From the IMG/VR virus record IMGVR_UViG_3300032223_002232, positions 1 to 64,000 of that record: a stretch of 64,000 bases of DNA, one strand, 5' to 3'. This DNA comes from a virus. Made by a program: the position numbers and the translations under genes. A model generated the notes under the pieces. The model did no database searches. It was not told where the DNA came from and saw only the letters and a list, made by a program, of their open reading frames with translations. Positions 48,766 to 59,900 of the stretch are shown piece by piece; position 1 is the first letter of the stretch, and every line of letters starts with the position of its first letter.

Positions 48766-50433
48766 TTATGCTGTATAAGATCCAGATGAATTAAATGTTA
48801 AAATTGTATTGGAACCATTTGTTGTTACACTTGGAGATCCTGTTGTTATGTTAGAATATCTGGATGTTGGTATTGAAAGTATAACAACACCAGAACCACC
48901 GTCAGCTGGATGTCCACCAGTATTATATGAACCTCCACCCCCACCTCCACCTTTATTGGCTGTTCCGTTCTGTGCAGCACTTGTTTGTGTTCCACCATTA
49001 CCACCTCCACCATTACCACCGTTACCGCTATTTGATCCACTATAGCCACCACCGCCACCGCCACCACCACCGTAATATAACCCTGTTATATTTACTTGTA
49101 AACCATCACCGCCATTTGCACCAATAGCATCCCACAATCCATTGCCTTCTCCGTTACCTCCGTTTTGATTAGAACCAGCACCACCAGCACCACCAACGCC
49201 ATAGGTGTGGGAACCGCCAGTAAAGCCATTTCCGCTATTACCACCTTGTAAACCAGCTGCTCCATTTCCACCTATTGCTGTTAATGTTCCTACGATTGAT
49301 GAATCTTGCCCATTTGTTCCAGTATATGAACCAGCACCACCAGCACCAACAATAATATTATAAATCTGGTTAGCTGTTACATTAATTGTTGAAAAATTAA
49401 CTGCACCAGCACCACCACCATTACCGGGACCGGGAGCACCAGAATAGCAGCCACCTCCACCTGCACCAACTGTTAAATAATTTATATTATATGTTGGATC
49501 ATATGTTGGTGTTGGAGTTAAAGTTGGTGTTGGAGTTAAAGTTGGTGTTGGAGTTAAAGTTGCTGATGGGGTATATGTTGGTGTAACAGTTGATGTTGGA
49601 GTATATGTTGGCGTAACAGTTGATGTTGGAGTATATGTTGGAGTTATAGACGGCGTTGGTGTTGGTGTTAGTGTTGCAGTTGGCGTAATTGTAGGCGTTG
49701 GTGTAGGCGTTGGTGATGGTATATAGTCAAGAATAAATGAACTTGAATTACCAAAAAGAGAAAATGCATTGGTTGTGTTTAATACACCATAAGGTATAAA
49801 TGAATTAATTTCTAATATATCTTTTGTGTTTAAATTGATACTAATTAAACCATTTTGTCCAATATCATTTTTAACAAAAAATGAAATATTAAAAACATTA
49901 GTATCAATATTATATGTTAACTTTGGATCTTCTTTTATGCCATTAGATGATAATAAATTTGTTATAGTATCAAATCCCAAAACTATATATTTTTGAAAAA
50001 TTTGATTTATTTTACCTGTGTTAATATTAAATTCTTTAAAAAATAAACAAAATTTTATATTTTGATTATTATCAATAACTAATGGATTAAATCCACAAAA
50101 ATATACTTTTTGGTTTAACTCATCAAACCAGTAATCAATATTTGTATCTGATAAATTATGATGAAAATCAAATAAACTATGTGGTTTTATAGTATTACCA
50201 TCAAAAACTAATTTTTCAAATATATAACCATTTTTAGTTTGAATAAAAATACTATCATAAAATACATCAAATCTTGTAATAATATTATAATTTAAATCAT
50301 AATAAAAATCAGGATGTAAAAATTCATATTTTAAATAAACAGAAGATAGAATTTCATTAGCAGATTTAACATTATTCTGCACATCTCTTAACCAAAGCTC
50401 TCCGTTGTAATTTATATCATTATAAAAGTTCAT
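48766..50433 (-). CDS. Structural protein with Pro/Thr linker and C-terminal Gly-rich domain (start likely 50433)
   Basis: ATGA overlap with upstream stop; PTPT repeats at ~49500-49722; [10 protein letters not shown]...GGSGVVIL. Confidence 0.8.
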   Translation of the reverse strand: MNFYNDINYNGELWLRDVQNNVKSANEILSSVYLKYEFLHPDFYYDLNYNIITRFDVFYDSIFIQTKNGYIFEKLVFDGNTIKPHSLFDFHHNLSDTNIDYWFDELNQKVYFCGFNPLVIDNNQNIKFCLFFKEFNINTGKINQIFQKYIVLGFDTITNLLSSNGIKEDPKLTYNIDTNVFNISFFVKNDIGQNGLISINLNTKDILEINSFIPYGVLNTTNAFSLFGNSSSFILDYIPSPTPTPTPTITPTATLTPTPTPSITPTYTPTSTVTPTYTPTSTVTPTYTPSATLTPTPTLTPTPTLTPTPTYDPTYNINYLTVGAGGGGCYSGAPGPGNGGGAGAVNFSTINVTANQIYNIIVGAGGAGSYTGTNGQDSSIVGTLTAIGGNGAAGLQGGNSGNGFTGGSHTYGVGGAGGAGSNQNGGNGEGNGLWDAIGANGGDGLQVNITGLYYGGGGGGGGGYSGSNSGNGGNGGGGNGGTQTSAAQNGTANKGGGGGGGSYNTGGHPADGGSGVVILSIPTSRYSNITTGSPSVTTNGSNTILTFNSSGSYTA

Positions 50434-52130
50434 GGTGTATATGGTGGATAAATTGAAGTGTAGGATGCTAATGAAGCGGATACAGGCCAACGGTAATATG
50501 TACTGAATAAGTTATATAAGTCGGCATTAACAGCTTGTGATACCGCTAGTGCGAATGTATCGCAAGCATTTTCTATATCTGAACCTGATGTAATATTTAT
50601 TTGTTTAATATTACTCCAAGTGTATAATAAGAATTGATCTCCAAATTTATTATATAAATCAAACATGAATGAAGCAAACATATCAGTACCCTGTAACGAT
50701 AATGCATTTGTTGGTGCTATATTATCATAAACTGTATTCATGAAATTATAAGATGGATCTGCTATATATGTATTAATTAAATTAATTACACCATATTTAA
50801 AATCATTGAATGGTGTACCATTAAATGGTGCGCCGTTTACTCCAGCAGAATCCATAGACATAAATCTCATAAATACCGCAAATCCAGTGGTAACCGTTTC
50901 ACTTGGTGTTGCATCAACTCTTCTTAAACTATCAACCCAGAAATTCCTTCCTAATTCATAGAATAATACTTGATCAAATTGATTATTCAAATTAACACCG
51001 CTATAAAGAGCATCCCATGATGATCTGAGTAATTCAATACCAGTTCTACCTAATTCACCACAACCAGAACCACATGTAGTGTTAACAACACTTACAGGAT
51101 CTTTACCTCTTAAAGTTACAAGTGTTAATGGATATTCACCGATTACTCTATAATAGAAGTCATAAGCTTTATCTAATTTATAGATTATATAATCTATTAC
51201 TGCTCGGTTTACATTTATGTTGGAAGGAATTTGTAAAGCTACATTTCTTCCAAGATAAGCTTTCATGTTGTAATTTACACTATCAAAACTTGTATATAAT
51301 GTATCTATTACTAATGAAGGACCATATGGTAGTGTTGGTGTTGGTGTAACCGTTGGTGTATGAGTGATTGTTGGTGTTATTGATGGAGTTGGTGTCGGTA
51401 TTTGTAATGATCTTGTAACTGTTGGTGTTATAGTTGGTGTTACAGTTGGTGTTGGTTGTATTTGTGGAATTGGGTTTAGATCTGGATTTACTATAGTTGT
51501 TTTTTCGTAAGGTATGATCGTTACTTCATTATTAACATTAGCAGATGTTAATGTTTTAAATTTACTAGTAAATGGATAAATATAGTTATAAGGTTTACTT
51601 AATTTATCAGCTGATATAATTGGTTTTGGTTTTAATTTCCAGTTAACCAAAGACATCAATATATTATTTTCATTTTGAGTTTGGAATGTATAAAGAATTT
51701 TATTGTCAGGTCCAAACATTTTAGTTTTTATTAAATGTATTTCATTGAAGAATTTATCAACACCATAATCCATTGGTGGATTTTTTAAATTTAATAAAAT
51801 TGTAAATGTTACAATATCAGAACTACCAAAAACATAAACATTTACATTAACTACATAAGTTGAAAGACTTAAATCTTTTGAATAAAACTCTTTAGTTTTT
51901 GGGTAATTTCTAGGATCACCTATTTCATTTGAAATTGGTAACCTATTATCTGAACCTAAAACTGGTTTAAATTTTACAATATCAGAAGTACCATCACCCC
52001 AAATATACTCAATCATTCTAATTTTATGAGATAATGATAAAGTTCTTGGGTCTATAGTTAAATCAAAAGGGGCATAATCACTAATAATTTGATTATCAGA
52101 ATTAAGATAAACTGTACGATTATAAACCAT
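50430..52130 (-). CDS. Structural protein: PKD-like N-terminus, Pro/Thr linker, degenerate zincin-like C-terminal domain
   Basis: [10 protein letters not shown]...YIWGDG; TPT linker at ~51330-51455; [10 protein letters not shown]; TAAATA at 52137-52142. Confidence 0.7.
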   Translation of the reverse strand: MVYNRTVYLNSDNQIISDYAPFDLTIDPRTLSLSHKIRMIEYIWGDGTSDIVKFKPVLGSDNRLPISNEIGDPRNYPKTKEFYSKDLSLSTYVVNVNVYVFGSSDIVTFTILLNLKNPPMDYGVDKFFNEIHLIKTKMFGPDNKILYTFQTQNENNILMSLVNWKLKPKPIISADKLSKPYNYIYPFTSKFKTLTSANVNNEVTIIPYEKTTIVNPDLNPIPQIQPTPTVTPTITPTVTRSLQIPTPTPSITPTITHTPTVTPTPTLPYGPSLVIDTLYTSFDSVNYNMKAYLGRNVALQIPSNINVNRAVIDYIIYKLDKAYDFYYRVIGEYPLTLVTLRGKDPVSVVNTTCGSGCGELGRTGIELLRSSWDALYSGVNLNNQFDQVLFYELGRNFWVDSLRRVDATPSETVTTGFAVFMRFMSMDSAGVNGAPFNGTPFNDFKYGVINLINTYIADPSYNFMNTVYDNIAPTNALSLQGTDMFASFMFDLYNKFGDQFLLYTWSNIKQINITSGSDIENACDTFALAVSQAVNADLYNLFSTYYRWPVSASLASYTSIYPPYTP

Positions 52131-52169
52131 TATTAATATTTAATGCAAAAACACTAAAATTAAACGATA

Positions 52170-54827
52170 TTAATTAAGATTTGTTTTCTTCCAATAAGAA
52201 CCTTGTTTAACTGCTAAGGTTCCAGCTGTAGAATTCCATACAACTAAATTAGCTGTCGTTGCACTGCTTCCAGTTTGAACGTAAAAAGTAATATTTGCAC
52301 CTTGAGTTGTTGATGGGGTGCTTGCTATAGGTTTTGCCAGAGCTAATAAATTCGTAGAAAGAGTTATACTAGCCCCACCTAAGCTACCAGAAGCCGCATT
52401 AGTTGCAATACCTCCAGCATTGGTATGTGCAATAAAACCAGAACCATTAAATGTATTATTTCCCGATAATGCAAATGTGGCTTGTCCACCAGCACTTGTT
52501 GTATATATAACATTAAAGGTTAATTCATAACTACTATTAGCTTGCATTGAAACTGTAGTATTAAATGCAACTTGACCCGGAGAAGCAGTTGTTGTATTTG
52601 AAGCACTATTGAAATTAGAAGAATTTGCAAGAGTTCCGTTAATTTCTCCAGTAAAATATAAATCTCCTGACACAGATAGTCTTTTACCACTAGTTGGTAT
52701 TCCACCAATACCAACTTGACCAGATGTATCATAATATAATACATCACCATAAACACTATCATAAAGTTTAGTTTTGTCACTTGATCTATAAAGTACAGAG
52801 TAATTACTACCACTTATTCTATCTTGAGCAGTAAATCCATTAATAGAAGTAATTGCACCGTTTGCACTTATTTGACCGTTAACTGTTAAATTACCTGAAT
52901 TTATTTGACCATTAATAGTTAAATTACCAGTAGATGATATAGCACCATTGACTGTAAGTGGAACATTTGGTATATTTGTACCAATACCAATATTAGCATT
53001 TTGATCTATAACCAACGCAGTCAATGGTGTTGTTGCACCAAATTGAGTTTTAATTACATATTTGTTTTGTAATTCATCATATAATGTAATAAATCCAGAT
53101 AGTGATCCAGCAATAGTACCAACTGAACCATCACCCTGTTCACCCATAAAAATTGAAGGATTGATACCATCATTTGGTGTTGGATGATTTAATACAAAAT
53201 CATATGCAGATAATCTTTGTGTGTTAATAGTACCACTACTATTAACATTACCACTTAAATATAAATCGTTTAATGTTGTATTTGAACTTACTCTAAGATT
53301 ATTTAAAGTTGAACCACCAGATACATTTAAAGTACTGGATAATACTGTTCCACCTAAAATATTTAAACTACCTGTATCATAAAGGTTGCCACTTACATAA
53401 AGATTATTTAAAGTTGAACCACCACTTACATTTAAGGTGTTTGATAATACAGTTCCACCAGAAACATTAAGACTATTGTTTAATGTTGCATTACCAATTA
53501 AATTAAATGTACTATTACCACTAAGAGATCCATTAATAGCTAATTTAGCACCGGGACTAGTTTCACCAATACCCACATTACCAGTGTTTGATACTGTTAA
53601 TTGTGTTGTAGCATTAGTTACAATATCAAAACTTGTATTACTTTCAGTTCCAACATATGATCTTGGATAATTTGTTATTGGAGTAGATATTGAAACTCTA
53701 TTTGCAGTTCCATCATCAGAAATTCTTATTTGAGGTTGATTATTACCCTGTGTTGATGCTGTGCTTTTCTGAATAGTTAAAGGTGCTGTTGGTGATGCTG
53801 TACCAAGAGCAATCCAACCATTTTTATTACCATCTACAATAAATGATGGTACACTTAAACTTATATCGTTGTCATAACAAACCAATATTGGTTGAGCACC
53901 TGTTTGAACTATAGTTACCGCTGCATCATTACCTATATTATTAACCTTTAATGAACTTGTTACTTGAACATGTGCATCAAGTTGTGTCAATGCACCTAAA
54001 GCTGAAAGATTGCCTGTTATAAGAGTATTACCATCAACAAATAAATCACCATTTAAATCTAAAACAATATTAGTTAATGGATATGAACCGTAACTTGCAT
54101 TTGGTGTTTTGAATAAACCAGTTCTATTCTTTAAAATGTTAACACCACTACCATTTGTTAATAATGAAATACTATCACCTTTAATTGATGCACCAGTTAA
54201 AGGACTGCTTACTGAAAGAGCTACATTAGGTGAATAAGAAAATACACCAATATTTGTACCATTAGAACTAATTGATGTTGTATTTGAATATGCATTAACT
54301 GCAACTCCCCCAACTGATCCAGCATTTATTGCTATATTTGGTGACCCCACATTTAAACCAATATTTGGGCTATATGCGGATACAGCATTTGATGTACTGT
54401 AAAAATTACCACCAACGCTATTACCATTAGCATTAAGAGCTATATTTGGTGAATAGGTATCTACACCATATGTAGTTCCATGTGAACGTACACCCCTTAT
54501 AGCTGAATAGAAATCGCCACCAATTAATGCACCATAAGCAGAAAGTGCGTCACCAGATGTACTTAAAAATTCACCACCAATTATAGGAGATTTAACATAG
54601 ATGCCACGATAACCTGCTAATGCACATAAAGCAGTATTGTTTGTACCAAAAAAGCCAGCAGTTGCACTTGCACCAGCGTAACAGCTTAATGCACCAGATA
54701 ATACGAAATCACCTCTAAATGGCTGCTGTGGGCTGGCTATTGGATCATGTCCAGCATCAGGATTAGTTGCACTTGTATAAGTGTGATGATTTTGTCTGTG
54801 GAATTTTGAATGGAATCTATTGCTCAT
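52170..54827 (-). CDS. Long tail fibre/adhesin-like protein
   Basis: GNVGIG/ANIGIG/GQVGIG fibre repeats, LNVSGG.TL repeats, His-rich N-terminus. Confidence 0.75.
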   Translation of the reverse strand: MSNRFHSKFHRQNHHTYTSATNPDAGHDPIASPQQPFRGDFVLSGALSCYAGASATAGFFGTNNTALCALAGYRGIYVKSPIIGGEFLSTSGDALSAYGALIGGDFYSAIRGVRSHGTTYGVDTYSPNIALNANGNSVGGNFYSTSNAVSAYSPNIGLNVGSPNIAINAGSVGGVAVNAYSNTTSISSNGTNIGVFSYSPNVALSVSSPLTGASIKGDSISLLTNGSGVNILKNRTGLFKTPNASYGSYPLTNIVLDLNGDLFVDGNTLITGNLSALGALTQLDAHVQVTSSLKVNNIGNDAAVTIVQTGAQPILVCYDNDISLSVPSFIVDGNKNGWIALGTASPTAPLTIQKSTASTQGNNQPQIRISDDGTANRVSISTPITNYPRSYVGTESNTSFDIVTNATTQLTVSNTGNVGIGETSPGAKLAINGSLSGNSTFNLIGNATLNNSLNVSGGTVLSNTLNVSGGSTLNNLYVSGNLYDTGSLNILGGTVLSSTLNVSGGSTLNNLRVSSNTTLNDLYLSGNVNSSGTINTQRLSAYDFVLNHPTPNDGINPSIFMGEQGDGSVGTIAGSLSGFITLYDELQNKYVIKTQFGATTPLTALVIDQNANIGIGTNIPNVPLTVNGAISSTGNLTINGQINSGNLTVNGQISANGAITSINGFTAQDRISGSNYSVLYRSSDKTKLYDSVYGDVLYYDTSGQVGIGGIPTSGKRLSVSGDLYFTGEINGTLANSSNFNSASNTTTASPGQVAFNTTVSMQANSSYELTFNVIYTTSAGGQATFALSGNNTFNGSGFIAHTNAGGIATNAASGSLGGASITLSTNLLALAKPIASTPSTTQGANITFYVQTGSSATTANLVVWNSTAGTLAVKQGSYWKKTNLN

Positions 54828-54895
54828 AATATTCTCAAGCCTCTGTTGTTACAGGAACCATTGCTGGTTACTATTCTTGAATATATTAATATTTA
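54828..54895 (-). promoter_or_regulatory. Late promoter TAAATA (54890-54895) with a structured 5' leader
   Basis: TCAAG/CTTGA closing helix around AACCA-GCAA-TGGTT and CTGT-AACA-ACAG hairpins. Confidence 0.5.
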
Positions 54896-54899
54896 CCCA

Positions 54900-56945
54900 T
54901 CAAGTACAACAATTTGATATAGCTTCACCCCAAGTCTTAGTTGGGGCATAATTTGCTGGGAATGCTTCTGATAATTCAAAATATGTAATTGGATTCACAT
55001 TACATGTTCTAATAACTGGTAATGTAAGATTGTATGATGACATTGCACTCCATGACCAACAGAATTGACCTGCACAATTATTATTGTTACCCACATTAAC
55101 TGAAAAATTTTTAATCTCCAAGAATGTTTTTAAAGTTTCGATTGAATTATAAAGTTTGGCTAACTCTCTGTTAAATACTGATGGTACATGTAATTCATTT
55201 ACACCAATACCAAGAGTTTCATTTTGAACATCAGGATTTAATGTAGGTAATTCTCTTGTAACATCTATAGGTAGCCATGAGAAATATGTTATTATGCCAT
55301 ATTTTGTTTGCTCTGATGCCAGAACAAATTTTGCATTTAATGTTTCTCTGAAAGATTTAATGTTTTGAGCCAATCGAATTAAAGATCTATTATAATTTAA
55401 ATCAGAAGTAAATTCATTGCTTTTTACTGCTAATTGATCATAACTCCAATTTTTACTAGGTAAACCATTACCTAATTTGAAAATTTGTAATACATCTTGT
55501 ATTTTTTGTATACCATAAGGCATACTAATTATAAATGACTTGTTTGGTGATCTTTTAATATTCTTGTATGTAAACGTACTTGCTAATGGTAAATTTAATT
55601 CTGTAATAAAATTACCAGATGTTGAGAATTTAAATACATTTGTATCTGATAAGATATAAAAGAAATCACCATTCTCATCAAAAATTATTTTTTCTAGAGT
55701 TGTGGATTTATCATTTAAAAATGTCAAATCTATTGTTTCAAATAAAGTATTTGATAAATTATCATAAATTAAAATTTTATAATTTTGCGTTAATATGAAT
55801 AGTAATTGAGTTGATGGATGAACTGCTATACTTGTTGGTTTATCTTTATCTAATTCATCAGTTGTATATGTATAAACCCAATTCAAATCAATATTAAATT
55901 GTTTAACACAAAAATTATTGTAATCTAAAACATAAAGATAATTGTTTGAAAGTAAAACTTGTGTTGGTGAATTGAATTTATTATGATCAATAACACTACC
56001 AAATCCACCAATTGATAATTCAATATTAATTTCTGGGTTTACCGTCAAATCAATATTAAATTTATAAATTTTATTTGTTGGTGAATCACAAAGATATACA
56101 GTTTCTCCAGTTGAATCAACATCAAATGATAATGGATCAGCTAATAAATTAGATATATTTGCAGAATTATAAAAGTTTCTTTCAATTGGAATGGCTCCAG
56201 CTGAAAATGCTCTAAATTTAGTTCCATCTAATACATAGATATGATCAGATGTTTGACATGCATCCCTTACATCTGAAAAATAAGTTAAGCCCGAATTGGT
56301 TGCTAATTCTGGATTATTTAAATTAGATGAATTATAAGTTTGTGTAAACCATTTAATACCAGAAGCTCTTGAACCTGAATTATTACCCAACCAACCATAA
56401 TATAATGTTGGTGATGTTATGTTTATTGTTTGAATATTAGAATTCAGATAATCTAATGATTCTTGTAATCTTTTAATCGATGTATTAAAGATATCTTCAA
56501 CACCCCATTCATTTGGTTGAATATTTATTTGTTCTAGTGTATATGGTAGTGTTAATGTTATTTCATTATTAAGTCTTAATTGTTCTTGATTATAAGCATT
56601 CCATTGACTTTCAACCACAAATGGAACTTGTACAACATAAGGGTAATGTGATTGTTGTAGATCATTATAAACTGCCGTATACGAAACATAAAAAGTTCCT
56701 TTTTTAGTATATGTATGGAAAACAGTTTGATTTGGTTGTGTTTGCTGAACTGCTGATGTATCACCAAAATTAGTCAAATAATAAGATATAGCTAAATTTG
56801 GATCATACTGTGAAATTACTGGATTTAAATATTGAACAAATACAGGAGTACCTGTCAAGGTATAAACAGTTGACATGTAAACCTGTTTAGGTACTAAATT
56901 ACTATACGATACTAAATCATGTTCTCCTGTTATTATAATACTCAT
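54900..56945 (-). CDS. Structural protein with PKD-like and NHL/beta-propeller repeats (start likely 56945)
   Basis: NFGD...HTY...GTF.VS; FNSPTQV...YLYVLDY.N..VKQF; ATGA overlap. Confidence 0.7.
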   Translation of the reverse strand: MSIIITGEHDLVSYSNLVPKQVYMSTVYTLTGTPVFVQYLNPVISQYDPNLAISYYLTNFGDTSAVQQTQPNQTVFHTYTKKGTFYVSYTAVYNDLQQSHYPYVVQVPFVVESQWNAYNQEQLRLNNEITLTLPYTLEQINIQPNEWGVEDIFNTSIKRLQESLDYLNSNIQTINITSPTLYYGWLGNNSGSRASGIKWFTQTYNSSNLNNPELATNSGLTYFSDVRDACQTSDHIYVLDGTKFRAFSAGAIPIERNFYNSANISNLLADPLSFDVDSTGETVYLCDSPTNKIYKFNIDLTVNPEINIELSIGGFGSVIDHNKFNSPTQVLLSNNYLYVLDYNNFCVKQFNIDLNWVYTYTTDELDKDKPTSIAVHPSTQLLFILTQNYKILIYDNLSNTLFETIDLTFLNDKSTTLEKIIFDENGDFFYILSDTNVFKFSTSGNFITELNLPLASTFTYKNIKRSPNKSFIISMPYGIQKIQDVLQIFKLGNGLPSKNWSYDQLAVKSNEFTSDLNYNRSLIRLAQNIKSFRETLNAKFVLASEQTKYGIITYFSWLPIDVTRELPTLNPDVQNETLGIGVNELHVPSVFNRELAKLYNSIETLKTFLEIKNFSVNVGNNNNCAGQFCWSWSAMSSYNLTLPVIRTCNVNPITYFELSEAFPANYAPTKTWGEAISNCCT

Positions 56946-59900
56946 AGTGTTATTTGACTCCAAAGATCAGTATTACCAGTATAATCAGCAGACCCTAATG
57001 GAAATGTTGTTGCTGGTATTTGTTGTATTACATTTGTTGTGGCATATAGATAGTATCTATCCAAACCAGCTAAACCTGTGAATAATGGTATAGCTGGATC
57101 ACCATAACTTAAATTAAATATATTATACGTTCCATTTAATGCAGGAACTGTAGATGATGCAGTCCAGAATTCACTTGATAAAAAATATGTTACAGTACCA
57201 CCAACAACTACCGCTGGACAGTTTTGTGGTATAGTGCAGAGTGTTTGTGTTATGGTTACAGATCTTGATAAATCTATATCTATAATTTTTGTATCAATTA
57301 TATGATTTAAACTTAAATCATTATAAGGTATTATTGTTGGTGATAGATGAAAATTAAGTTCATTATTATCATTATAATCTTGTGTTATTGCGTAATTGTT
57401 AAATGTGAATAAATTAAGAGCACCTGCTGTTGGTGCATAATATGTTGTACCCATTGAAATTGGATATGTTGTTAAATTATAACATTGAAGTGATATAGGT
57501 ATACCAGTGTATATTGATATATCTTGAGGATCATATGCTATATCCATTATATCAAATGATGAACTTAATGTACTTGTATATGAATTGTTAGTATTTGTAT
57601 ATATGTAAGAAATATATGAATTTTTATTAGCAGATAACCAAAATGATTGAGTATTGTTTTTCTTATTACCATAAGCTGATGGTCTAAATGAAAGTGTGTA
57701 GTTGCTTGGGTTTAAGAAAGTTAAAGTTGGTGAATTGTTAATCCATGCATATTCTGGATATAAAATAAAATCTAAAGGTTTATAGAATTCAATTGGATCT
57801 ATTGCATAGAAATATTCTTCAGCACTAACGTTATGCGCACTAGTCCAACCTTGAGCTATAGCTGAATCTAATTTTAATGTTATTTTATATGAAGATAAAC
57901 CTAAAATATTAGAATCAACATTGATAATATGATTTTGATTATCCAACAATTGTGTTGAATTAGTATTAAGATTAGTTAGCATCCATGCTTTATTTTGATA
58001 TTTTATCTTAAATAAAAATTGACTATCATCTACTAATAAGAATGATAAATCGCCAGATGCTGCTCTAGTTATTGTATTTAAACCGTTAAAAGTATCACCA
58101 ATTTCAATACTAGAATAATTTTTATAATATGTTTTAAAATCAGAATTTAATGTGGTTTTATCTGGAAAAGCATCAACATTGAATGTGAATGAACCTGTAA
58201 CAGCTGGTACTCTAACATCAGAATTTGCTGTTACTGTAACCGAATGGATAATTGGTTTTATATCTATATCTGGTAGAACTTTTATTCTGATTGTACTGAC
58301 TAATGCATAATTTGTACTAGCAGCATAGTTATAAAAAATATTATTGTTTAATGGTTCATAGGCTGATATTGGTTGGGTTAATGGATCAATATTATCATCA
58401 TAAGTCCAAGTCCAATATATAGGTGTATTTAAAAATTGAGGTATATCGTATAATCTACCTTGATACGGAACTTGTAATTTTAAATCTATTGATCTTACTC
58501 TTTCAAGATTATTTAGTTGACCTACAGGTGTAACGGAGAATACACCTTCACCAAAATAATCAAATAAAGATGTATTTGTTGTTACAGAAGCAATCTCATT
58601 ATATTTTTGTGATGATAATGAAATTGTTGTTTGTTGTGGACCATATCCAGAAACTGCTAATGTTTCGGTTGTTGGATCGAAATCAAGCTCTTCACCATTA
58701 GTTATATATCTTATAAATTTTTTAGTATCTGTATTTACTGAATATAATTGAACATATGATGCATATGGTGAAACACTCCAAGATATTTTACTATTTGTTA
58801 AATCTCTAGAAGGCCATGCAATTGCATTAGTATTAAATGATGAATCAACTATTATTAAATTTGATTCTTCTTTTAAGATATCCAAAAATAATGTTGTACC
58901 ATTGTTTGTTTCAGTATGTTGTCTGGCTAATACGGCTGATGTTTCTTCAAATGCATCAAGTATTCCAAAATCACCCTTTAACGATGCTCTTATAGCAAAA
59001 TCAATTTCACCATATAATGGTGAATAAACAATATTTAAATAACTACCAGTTGTCGCTGGAATCCATGCTGGATTTTTTAAATCATAATATGTATTGGATG
59101 GTCCATAATAAGCACTCACGGAATTAAGTGCTGTATAGTTATTAATATTTGTAATTGTATATTTTATTTGCTCATTGGTTTTAGTGTTATTATATAAATC
59201 ATAAACTAGAGCATTGTAATCTGATACTATAAATGAACTTAACTGTAAATTTAATGCATAACTAACACCATCTGTTGCTGCTGTGTTTAATGCTGATGTT
59301 TTTAAATAGAAATTAAGATTAAAGGAATCTAAATAATTTCCATCACTTGTATTTAATCTTGTTTTATATGTATAATAGTGTGGTGGGTATGTTGATACCC
59401 ATGACATTGTATTGTTTGATACCGTTGTGGCTAAAACATCTGAATTAATAGTGTAAGGTGTTGATCCAATTTTTATTGAATTAAATGTTCCGATTGCAGG
59501 AGAACCATTTATGTTTAATGCATCTGCGATATAATCAAAGTATATATTTGAATTTGAAACTCCTGTTGCAGCATTTGATGAATTATCAAATGTAAATTTA
59601 GAATTTGAAAGGTCTAATTTACATTTTAAAATTGCATTTGATTCAGCACCCAATGGTAATGATGGTGTACTTGGATATTGAATTAATTGATATTCTTGTA
59701 TAGTATTAACCGTTGGATCATAGTTAGTAATATAACTAGTTGTAAATGTATATGATGCGGCTGCTAAATAAGAATATGGATGCTGTTGCGAGATAATTAC
59801 TTTATTACCATTTGGATTAATAAATGAAGCACTATAACTTATAAAAGTTGAATCGGGATTTACTTTAACTGTATCAGTTTCAAATTGTGTAGCATATACC

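Noticed and set aside
25669-54827. Diversity-generating retroelement or invertase shufflon acting on fibre tips
   Set aside because: No reverse transcriptase or recombinase, no adenine-variant template/variable repeat pair and no inverted crossover sites seen; paralogues are highly diverged
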